In this document: positions 12,593 to 24,000 of the stretch, one piece after another
How positions within the stretch are numbered: position 1 is the stretch's first letter
Layout of the letters: every line of letters starts with the position of its first letter
Assembly (NCBI GenBank): GCA_040954595.2
Contig: CM082576.2
Span: 13,395,129 to 13,459,128 of the forward strand
Length of the DNA: 64,000 nt
Source of the DNA: Balanoglossus misakiensis
Lineage: Eukaryota > Animalia > Hemichordata
Direction: 5' to 3'
Translations under genes and position numbers: made by a program
The notes under the pieces: generated by a model
Database searches by the model: none
What the model saw: only the letters and a program-made list of their open reading frames with translations
What the model was told of the DNA's origin: nothing

Positions 12593-12747
12593 TTTTGTTC
12601 CAATTGTGACGGAAACCTCACGTATATCATTTTGTGACATTTTACCAGTTTGGTAAAATATATCTTATCAAAAACAGTTTGATTTGAAAATTGGCATAAA
12701 TGTCTTTTGAAATGACTATGTCAGATTTTGTTCAAATTGTGACGGAA
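12593..12747 (+). repeat. 22-bp direct repeat pair, probably inside an old interspersed repeat
   Basis: ttttgttc(c/a)aattgtgacggaa at 12593-12614 and 12726-12747 (21/22 identical). Confidence 0.6.
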
Positions 12748-13891
12748 TCTGCAATATTGTACTTTCGGGGAAACTCTCCTTCACAGAAATTCGGCTCCGA
12801 GCCGATTGTTTTGACATTTGATATAACAATTCTTTAGAATAACCTGAATTAGACACGTTAAACACGTGACGAAAAATGTAATAATCTAATATTGCCTTTT
12901 CCGTTTTTGGTTAAAATATGTTCTCAGAATTCAATATGCGCCTCTGCACTGTGGAAGGAAAACTATTCAATATGAGGTCAAATATAACCGATAAAGGAGA
13001 GGTGTATGACACTTTTGAATGTACAAATTCTGATGAAATTGGAGCGTAGTGTCCATGACGCTATTTTTGGCGTTTATCGTCACACCAGTTAAAAAGAAAA
13101 CACACAGTTTATAATTTACTAGTACTCGATTGCTGAATTCTGTAATATGGGGTAATGGGCCCTCTACATTTCAGCCACACAATGCAATAGAAAACTGTGA
13201 TTAAAATTTAAAGGAGAAACGCACGTAGAACATAACAATGCACGAGTATCTGAAAGAAATGTGTGATGGCCTACATGCGCGGAATTGCCGCCTAATTTCA
13301 ACGGAGAATAGATGCGGAAATTACAGAAAATATTTTCATTTTCCATTTCTTTGTTCGCCTTTTCGTCGGAAGCAAGATTTGACGGGGGTGCCCCATACGG
13401 CGCCCGCATGGTTACCTGCCGCCTCGTACGTACGAGAATGGAGCGGCGGGCCGGGGCGATAAAATGTCAACTTCTCTCGGCGCGCGCAGCGTCGGTTCTC
13501 CACCGGGAATGGCGCGCCGCAAATGGATCTCCATCGCTGCTCTGTCAGATAATCAGTGACACGCCTTTCATATTAGTCGGATCTCCTAGGAGGCACTGGG
13601 GGTAACTATAGCATATGGAGTCTCCAGTTTGGTCGGTAACATTCACAATAGAGAAGACTCACATCTATTTTTATGGGCTATGAATGCCGTGTATTTGCGC
13701 ACCACTTCAATATTCTAGCCAGTCGCTTTTCTTTTGAAGTTTCGGGAATAGATTTGGAGCGCTTGTGTGTGCGCGCAGCGGTGATTGTTGTACAAATGCT
13801 ACAGGCAGCCTGTATAGTATAGCGAATATCAAACAACAACAGAGAGAACAACCTATTGGACTCTGCGCTTGGAACGTATTTTAGCGTAGAC

Positions 13892-14065
13892 AATTCCCTT
13901 AAATTTTGCTCACGGAATTATGTTTTGTACATATCCTATTCGTTCTTTGGGCAACTCGAAGAGAAGTTCTGTCGAGAGGTTTTCACAGAATTTCTCTTCA
14001 AGTTGCCCAAAGAACGAACAAGATATGTACAAAACATAATTCCGTGAGCAAAATTTAAGGGAATT
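13892..14065. repeat. Long inverted repeat / foldback (81-bp arms, 12-nt spacer)
   Basis: 13892..13972 is the reverse complement of 13985..14065 at 77/81 positions. Confidence 0.95.
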
Positions 14066-16561
14066 TTCTGACGATAACATTTTTTGAATTTGATATGAAT
14101 ACTAGTATTCGAAGAACGCCATTCAAAGAATCAAACAGACATGTCTTGATTGTATACCCAAGTAAAAGGGGGGGGGGGGGGGATATGACGTTATTACAAT
14201 CCGCAATACCGTGTCACGAATTACATTTATGTGCACTGACGTCAACAGATATCTCATGATATAGACAATTCATTTTGTGGCACTGCATGAAAGTTAATAC
14301 AAATCAAATCAGTGAACTTTGACCCCCTCGCCACCAAAGGCGCCAATAAGCGATGTCGTACGTTATACAATGCATTATTATCACTAAATAAAACTGAAAT
14401 GATCCCAACCTACGAAATGTGCGTCCCAAGTGCAGATCTTGAGAAAGAGTACTCTATCCTTCATATACACATACACGTATTTGCAGGAAAAGTGCTTCTG
14501 AGAAATCAAATGCTGTATTCATTCCTAGTAACACGTGTGAGACGTTGTTTTTGAACATGACGAACTCAGTTGACAGAATCCTGCTTTCAAGGAAATGGGT
14601 ATGCAATTCCTGCGATGGGCCGGCTGGGGCGTATTTTACAAACATGTCCTTGGGGAAGACAACATATTTTTAATCTGTCTGCTGGTCATATCAAATACAC
14701 TGTTCATAGCATGAAATGAAAAATATTCCAACCGTGTGTTCAGTTTCAGCTTTCCTGAATACAACTTCAATGTACCTTTATTTCATGCATTTGCTGGACA
14801 TGCATCTGATGGACCACAATTTCATTTTTTGTGAAATGTCGATGTCTAAACTGTGTATATGCTTCAGGAGCCACCGGAAAGTTGCTGTAAGCTGAAAACA
14901 CAACTTCTTGTGTTTTTGGGCAACTAATAACAGCGTGGCTCATCTTTGAAGTTGAATCTCACTTTATTCCGGGACGATGGGAACACTGCATCATTTCGAC
15001 AAGCGGACGGGATTATTCGCAAATGAACGTATGAACGGCAATGATTATGCAAAACTATAAAACTCCTCCAAGATTTTCGTAAGAACTGTTTCAAACACCA
15101 AGAGTAAGCTTTCAAAATTCAAAACAGTGGCCGGGTTTTTGCTAGTGCAGGAAAGATTTTTGGTTTACGGTATATGAGAGATGTTATATCATGGACAACA
15201 GCTGTTTTCCCACAGGATTTGGCCGCTACAGAGCTGAGCTCGACTTAGTCGACGGTGAAACCAGACTCGCTGTCACCAACAATCCCACGCGCCCCAGGAA
15301 CAGCCTCGGGACAAGATACAGAAAGAGAAAACCAAAAGCAGCAGCACCAAAAAAGTTGTTTTGAAAGAAAGAAACTAAACGAAGGACAGACGGAAGCAAC
15401 TGCCATCCAACCGAGGTCAACCAAATACAAAGTTTTAATTTTAGCTTTTTTTAGCTTCTAAACGCTGCATATTTTGTTATTTGTGTCGACTCCACGTGTT
15501 CGTGATGTGCTGTACTTCCCTGAGAGCGTGGTCAATGGAGGGCGGTGGCTTGGAAAATCTTATTAACCGGACGCTTGTTGTGCTCCATAGATGACCTTGC
15601 AGGTTAATAGGATTTCTTTGACTCTTGCAAACCATCTATTTCACCCACGCCGCGCGGCCGTCTAAAATGTTGTGGGCTCCCCCCACCCCCTCATCTTGTA
15701 ATTATATGCTATGCTAGTGGACACAGTCTTGCTATTGACGACTGCATTGCAGTAAATATTATAACAACTTCGTTCAAGGGGGGAATAGGTACAGACTTGG
15801 GTGGGGATATCTCTTTGACTTTCTGTCTGATATTATCTAACATCAACTAATGGAGTTCTGAACAGGCAATTTGCCCATTGCCTGACCATGAGAACAATCT
15901 TCACTCGGTATTTTAATTACGGGCATAGCTTTGGGCTTTGGGTAGTCAGCGCTAATTTAGCGTTCTGGGAGCCTAATGCTATTATTCAACCCGGACCTAA
16001 GTTTTCATCTATCGTATGTCATGATACTTTCTGTTTGGCTATATCGTTGATTTGTGAGGAGTCGTGCGTATACAATCGTGACATCCATCACTGTATCGTA
16101 TAACAAGTTAAATACATGTTAAATGCCAATGATGCGGTCTTTCAATAAACACGGTCATATTTTACCGCTGAATGATTTACGGTGCTGTTGAAAACCAATA
16201 AACGTTCAAGAGAGACTCTGTCAGCAGTGTGGACGGCTTGTTATAATATAAATCCAAGGCAGATCAGACCCAGTGTATATTGAATATACATACATTAATG
16301 CTGGACATAAAATGCCAATTTTTGGCACAGTTTGTCTATTTTGCCTACTTGCCAATCATCACATATAATGTAATTTGGGCGGAGAGTTCCGCTCCTTGTT
16401 GACTGTGGCGTATTAGCCTGTATTCACAATGAGTGATTTCCAGGGAAACGGATCGCACTTTCCCGTAAGTGGTGATAACATCGTACATGCTGGCTTCAAC
16501 AATTTCCGTTCCCGTATGGCTGAAATATGAAAGCCGACGACGTCAGCGACGGCTACAGCGG

Positions 16562-16618
<57 letters not shown>

Positions 16619-16678
16619 CGACGACAATGATGATGATGATAATGATGATGATGACGACGACGACGACGACAATGATTG

Positions 16679-16727
<49 letters not shown>

Positions 16728-16749
16728 GATGATGATGATGATGATGATG
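16562..16749. repeat. (GAT)n microsatellite with GAC/AAT interruptions
   Basis: Directly visible, ~62 triplets. Confidence 0.97.
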
Positions 16750-19700
16750 CAATGGTCTTGTAGAGCAAACCGAAGAGCTGGAAACTAATAAAAATTTCAT
16801 GATTTTTAAAAACAATCACACGCTGTTTGTTTCCGTACCCCCAAAGCACGGAAACACTGAGAGAGAGCTTCGCCCGTTAAAAAGCAAATCGTATTACCAC
16901 CGGACACTTACTGGGTATATTTATCTCACGGAAGAGAAATCCGTCTGTCTGTCAGGCTCGCCGTCTGTCAAGACTAGTTTAGCTGCCAGACATGACGAAA
17001 GTCAGTGTTATCCGCGAGCATGCCGTGCAGATCCTTGCGGTATTTCAACGCCAAAGTAAACATCTATCTTTCCCTGTCTAATTCGCCGTCATCTTTCCAG
17101 CTCCTCTCTAAGTTTCCTCGCCTACAGACATTCTGCCTAGCGTAAGCAGATTACCAATTCTCAAGCTCTTTCTCAAATCAGCTTTGCCAACCATAACCGG
17201 ATCTTCGAGTCTATTTTGCAACACTATCCGTCCAGAAAATTTTCCCTTGGATTCAAAAAAAAAGAAGATTGTTACATGGAGCTATTAATTGGGCGGAAGT
17301 TGGACAAGAGGAATAGGAGACAAAAACCTGTCCACTTGGCAGAGGGAGAGATGAAAAAAACGATGAGGTAGAGCGAGGCGATGCTATCTGTTGTGTGACG
17401 CAGGTGCGGGGTGTACTGAGAACGGTTAAGGGGTAATAATGAGTGACTCGGGGAGATGTCAATGAATGGGCCCCCGTCACCAATACTTCTCGCGGGCCAA
17501 AAAATGGAGCACTCGTGATAACATGTACAATATTCATTCTCCATTCCCCCAATTTTCTCCCGCGTCGTACTCGAATTCACGTTTTCGATTTTAATGGGAT
17601 TTTTAAAAAAGAAATTCATTGTAAGAGCGAGCGCCTTGCCTTCAAGGACTTCAAGTCTATAGGATGTTTTGAATGGGGCGGGAGGTGGTGGTGCATTGGT
17701 ACTGGCTGCTAGTCGTGTCATTAATATGCAAATGTTGTTTTCCACCGATACCCAGTCTTAATTTGTCAAACTTGGATGATTTAACAGGAATACTGGTGGG
17801 CTTTCATCTAAGCCAATGTGCAAATGTCTGATGTAGTCTAACACTGTGGTGTGTGTGGATATATATCTTACTTTGCATTGTTTAAAATCGCCTTTCAGGT
17901 TCAGATCTGTGGAATTAATACGCGCTGATCAAAGCCAATAACAAGTTTATAATAGAGTGTTTCTTTATGGGCGTAATTGATCAGATGATTTCCGAGCTGT
18001 AGTATTAAAGTAACATTTAAAATACATTTAATTATTAATCATGAGCAAGTAGTAGAAGGCAAAGCGTGCCAGTGCGAGTTCTCCAGGCGAATGTTATAAA
18101 AATTTCAGGGTAAATTAAAACCACCCATTCATCAGCTAATCATCGTCCCCCGACTGTGTTTTCCACGGAGGGGATTTACTTTCATCGGTTGCTAAGTCTG
18201 CAAGACTGTCTGGCGGCCCTTGCTAAACCAAAAGTGTTCGCTCGGCTTATGCGCGTTTCAGAAAAAAAAGCAGAATGTTTGAGCTGAACGTGGCGCGCGC
18301 GCGCTGAGCGCGACTGCTGCGTCGCGCGCGTCGACAATGGGCGCGAGTAGACAACTCAGAAATCTGCGGTGACTCCCTTCGTCGTCCTATACAATGACGT
18401 ACTTAGCGTGAGATGCGCGCAGCTCCCCATCATTATGTGGCCAGGGGCGAAGTCTATTAACTCGCGGTGTTATTGTTCAAATTTTGAAGAAAAGAAATCG
18501 GAAACAAATGTTGCAACTGGAAATACTAGGGTATCTAATTGAGTTTTTAGCCATGGAGAGTACGTCAGAATGACTCTGAAAGGCCTGTTACTCAGCCATT
18601 GTTGGCCCTGCTTCTAACAGAGTCTGCTGCCTACAAAGAAATCTGTCACGCGCTGTCACTATTTTTTGTCGGCCACAAAATATTGAACAAGAATTTCGAA
18701 ACAAAGGACAGCCTATAATTTTTCAACATTATACCGATGATTTTCGTACAAATCGGCGGCCTATTACATTTGAACAATATATTAATTGAGCTAATCAGTT
18801 TTACCTACTCAAATATTATATATCGATCATAATTTTAACTCGACCCCTTTCCCCTAAACAATTATCCCTGTTCTCGATTGTGAAGTTATTTATCTCGCTG
18901 TCAGTTCCCCGTTCTCGGCAGACGACAATCTGCAGTGCCACTTCCGGTTCTTATTTCCCCGGGACATGGACGTGTTATCGTATTCTCGCAAGCCACACCT
19001 CGTCGTTTTCATGTTTGCCATAAACTATTTAACCATATTGTATCAACAGAGGGAAAAAATCCCCCCTCCATAAATGACGAAGCTTGTACGAAAAATGGCA
19101 AGATTTACAACGCACGCCCAGACCAAGGCGGATCGAGTGATCCACGGAGCGATCGAAGACGTCAGTGTCGCACATCACACAAGCCCGGGCAGCCTACAGC
19201 CCCAAGGGTAGGCGGCAAAGAACAAACGAAGAACACCCAAGTCTGTTTGAAGATGGGAGTGTCTCAGTTGACATGCCCATTGGTGTCTTTATCGCGCTGC
19301 AAACTTATCGTGTGTGTCCGGCCATTTTGATGGATTCGTGAGTCCGATTACCGCGAGAGAGAAGAAAGTCAATAGAAAAGCCCGATGGCTTGATTTTGAC
19401 CGATGTTCATGGACTTCATGTAAAATGATCTGGATCTGTTGTCATATACAACCCCCCCTTTTTCGATTAAGTCTTTAAGTTTAACACGTGACATTTTATT
19501 TGGCGCTGACGGGGGCTCATATCCGATTGAGAATGTTGAAAGTGTGTCCGTGAAATGATAGTAAATTGTTGGATTCGTGTCTTTTTCGCAATGATTTTAG
19601 TTGAAACAATTTGATCTTGACGAGATATGTGTATGCCAAACTGCAGCGTAGCTTTTTGCAAATAATGTAACATTAATATGGAAACCGAGCTGTCGTATAA

Positions 19701-20546
19701 AGGCATAGGTTTCACGTTTTTCGTGTGTAAATGTGTGACATATGTGTACATTTACCAAATTGACTTTCGGATTCGCTGATGATTTTGATCACAACTCTCG
19801 CGGGATTTGAAGACAGTGCGTCGTGATTGTTCGTGTCGGTGATGATACGCCGACGGGCCAATAGGTTTCTACGGCTAAAATCGAATCGGTGTCATCGAAA
19901 ATACAGTTCTTACCACCCAAAATATCTAGACTAGAATTTACTTTGAAAACAATTCCTTATTGAAAAAAAAAACAATATCTATATTTCACATATTCTGTAA
20001 CACACTTTCCCACTTTTACTTTGAATCACTGCCCTGGTCTCGCACAAGTGCGGTTGCTGTGTCTTTTTCCGAGCAGAACAGCCAGAATAACCCGGTGAAA
20101 AGCCCGTCCATCGCCTGCTATCGCACGGACTGCACTTCTTCGCAGTTTCGGGTGCGGACACTCTCTGCCAGGTGGCCACGAGCAGGTGAAGTGAGCGACC
20201 GGTCGAAATCAAACGCCCCTTTCACGCCACAGGAATCATACCTCAGAGACAACCATCCATAGCCGCACGTTTCTTTCACTTTCGCTCGAGATTGGTTCGG
20301 AGAGAAAGAAACGGATGGCTTAAGAATACTCTTCGTCGTGTTGACCATTTTCATCCTAAAAAGGCAAATTCATATACGAGTAGTACATCTTCTAGGTTTC
20401 ACCCACAATAGACTTGTTTGGGCAAAACCAAAATTGTGAATGCTCACAAACGAGTATAAGTTTAACGTTCGGCTTTATATCTTCATCATTCAGCTCCAAA
20501 TTGAAGTATTACATTGCTTTAAAACAAATAGGCTTGAAACTTTTTC

Positions 20547-20644
20547 AGTCTGGAATCCAGACTATTACGCGTGTTTTCGCTAGGTTCCACACACACACGG
20601 AGCCCAGCGAAAAAAAAAACACACGCGAGTCTGGATTCTAGACT
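20547..20644. mobile_element. Small foldback/MITE-like element (~98 bp)
   Basis: TIRs AGTCTGGAATCCAGACT ... AGTCTGGATTCTAGACT (16/17 complementary); inner arms cgcgtg-ttttcgct / agcgaaaa-cacgcg also pair. Confidence 0.65.
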
Positions 20645-21030
20645 AATACTTTTTATGTAATTATCAAATATACAATTACTGATGACAGTGTACTACACAA
20701 ATCACGCTGTTTCACGCGTGATATGAAACCGTTCAAAAAACACTGCTTGCATTTCCACAAGGTAATATGGACACAAAAATGTATGAAAACTCCAAAGTTA
20801 GCAGGGGCCTGAAAAACACGGTTGCTATTAAGCTGTCAAGGGAAACAAACAAATCCCAATCCACGGTCGGGACGTCATAATGCATTTTGATGCATTTTCA
20901 GAGCAATTTGCGGATCAAGGGTAGTGTTAAGATTTCTCAATACTTTTTACTAATAGTTTTCGTCAATTTACCCGGGTTGGCGGCTTCGTGCCGTGGTCAA
21001 CTGAGAATGAACTGGCAGGGCTTCGTTAGG

Positions 21031-24000
21031 CCATGGTTTTTATGAAAAAATGACCAAATTTTGAAAATTCGCGAAGTCGAAAAATTGACATTTCTGGATG
21101 ATTTTCATGAGCTATAACCCATGGTTTTTATGAAAAAATGACCAAATTTTGAAAGTCCGCGAAGTCGAAAAATTGACATTTGTGGATGATTTTCATGAGC
21201 TATAACCCATGGTTTTTATGAAAAAATGACCAAATTTTGAAAATTCGCGAAGTCGAAAAATTGACATTTGTGGATGATTTTCATGAGCTATAACCCATGG
21301 TTTTTATGAAAAAATGACCAAATTTTGAAAATTCGCGAAGTCGAAAAAATGACATTTGTGGATGATTTTCATGAGCTATAACCCATGGTTTTTATGAAAA
21401 AATGACCAAATTTTGAAAATTCGCGAAGTCGAAAAATTGACATTTCTGGATGATTTTCATGAGCTATAACCCATGGTTTTTATGAAAAAATGACCAAATT
21501 TTGAAAATTCGCGAAGTCGAAAAATTTACATTTCTGGATGATTTTCATGAGCTATAACCCATGGTTTTTATGAAAAAATGACCAAATTTTGAAAATCCGC
21601 GAAGTCGAAAAATTGACATTTCTGGATGATTTTCATGAGCTATAACCCATGGTTTTTTATGAAAAAATGACCAAATTTTGAAAATTCGCGAAGTCGAAAA
21701 ATTGACATTTGTGGATGATTTTCATGAGCTATAACCAATGGTTTTTATGAAAAAATGACCAAATTTTGAAATTTCGCGAAGTCGAAAAATTGACATTTGT
21801 GGATGATTTTCATGAGCTATAACCAATGGTTTTTATGAAAAAATGACAAAATTTTGAAAATTCGCGAAGTCGAAAAATTGACATTTCTGGATGATTTTCA
21901 TGAGCTATAACCCATGGTTTTTATGAAAAAATGACCAAATTTTGAAAATTCGCGAAGTCGAAAAATTGACATTTGTGGATGATTTTCATGAGCTATAACC
22001 CATGGTTTTTATGAAAAAATGACCAAATTTTGAAATTTCGCGAAGTCGAAAAATTGACATTTCTGGATGATTTTAATGAGCCATAACCCATGGTTTTTAT
22101 GAAAAAATGACCAAATTTTGAAATTTCGCGAAGTCGAAAAATTGACATTTCTGGATGATTTTCATGAGCTATAACCCATGGTTTTTATGAAAAAATGACC
22201 AAATTTTGAAAATTCGCGAAGTCGAAAAATTGACATTTCTGGATGATTTTCATGAGCTATAACCCATGGTTTTTTATGAATAAATGACCAAATTTTGAAA
22301 ATTCGCGAAGTCGAAAAATTGACATTTGTGGAAGATTTTCATGAGCTATAACCAATGGTTTTTATGAAAAAATGACCAAATTTTGAAATTTCGCGAAGTC
22401 GAAAAATTGACATTTGTGGATGATTTTCATGAGCTATAACCAATGGTTTTTATGAAAAAATGACAAAATTTTGAAAATTCGCGAAGTCGAAAAATTGACA
22501 TTTCTGGATGATTTTCATGAGCTATAACCCATGGTTTTTATGAAAAAATGACCAAATTTTGAAAATTCGCGAAGTCGAAAAATTGACATTTGTGGATGAT
22601 TTTCATGAGCTATAACCCATGGTTTTTATGAAAAAATGACCAAATTTTGAAATTTCGCGAAGTCGAAAAATTGACATTTCTGGATGATTTTAATGAGCCA
22701 TAACCCATGGTTTTTATGAAAAAATGACCAAATTTTGAAATTTCGCGAAGTCGAAAAATTGACATTTCTGGATGATTTTCATGAGCTATAACCCATGGTT
22801 TTTATGAAAAAATGACCAAATTTTGAAAATTCGCGAAGTCGAAAAATTGACATTTCTGGATGATTTTCATGAGCTATAACCCATGGTTTTTTAAGAAAAA
22901 ATGACCAAATTTTGAAAATTCGCGAAGTCGAAAAATTGACATTTGTGGATGATTTTCATGAGCTATAACCAATGGTTTTTATGAAAAAATGACCAAATTT
23001 TGAAATTTCGCGAAGTCGAAAAATTGACATTTGTGGATAATTTTCATGAGCTATAACCCATGGTTTTTATGAAAAAATGACCAAATTTTGAAAATTCGCG
23101 AAGTCGAAAAATTGACATTTGTGGATGATTTTCATGAGCTATAACCCATGGTTTTTATGAAAAAATGACCAAATTTTGAAATTTCGCGAAGTCGAAAAAT
23201 TGACATTTCTGGATGATTTTAATGAGCCATAACCCATGGTTTTTATGAAAAAATGACCAAATTTTGAAATTTCGCGAAGTCGAAAAATTGACATTTCTGG
23301 ATGATTTTCATGAGCTATAACCCATGGTTTTTATGAAAAAATGACCAAATTTTGAAAATTCGCGAAGTCGAAAAATTGACATTTCTGGATGATTTTCATG
23401 AGCTATAACCCATGGTTTTTATGAAAAAATGACCAAATTTTGAAAATTCGCGAAGTCGAAAAATTGACATTTCTGGATGATTTTCATGAGCTATAACCCA
23501 TGGTTTTTATGAAAAAATGACCAAATTTTGAAAATTCGCGAAGTCGAAAAATTGACATTTGTGGATGATTTTCATGAGCTATAACCCATGGTTTTTATGA
23601 AAAAATGACCAAATTTTGAAAATTCGCGAAGTCGAAAAATTGACATTTGTGGATGATTTTCATGAGCCATAACCCATGGTTTTTATGAAAAAATGACAAA
23701 ATTTTGAAAATTCGCGAAGTCGAAAAATTGACATTTCTGGATGATTTTCATGAGCCATAACCCATGGTTTTTATGAAAAAATGACAAAATTTTGAAAATT
23801 CGCGAAGTCGAAAAATTGACATTTGTGGATGATTTTCATGAGCTATAACCCATGGTTTTTATGAAAAAATGACAAAATTTTGAAATTTCGCGAAGTCGAA
23901 AAATTTACATTTCTGGATGATTTTCATGAGCTATAACCCATGGTTTTTATGAAAAAATGACCAAATTTTGAAAATTCGCGAAGTCGAAAAATTGACATTT

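Noticed and set aside
19096-19215. Possible first exon (aaaaATGGCA...MARFTTHAQTKADRVIHGAIEDV...|gtaggc)
   Set aside because: No linked downstream exon or recognisable homology; indistinguishable from chance without RNA data.
21066-21083. CENP-B box in the monomer
   Set aside because: TTCGcgaAgtCGaa has the wrong spacing and lacks the CGGG of TTCGnnnnAnnCGGG.
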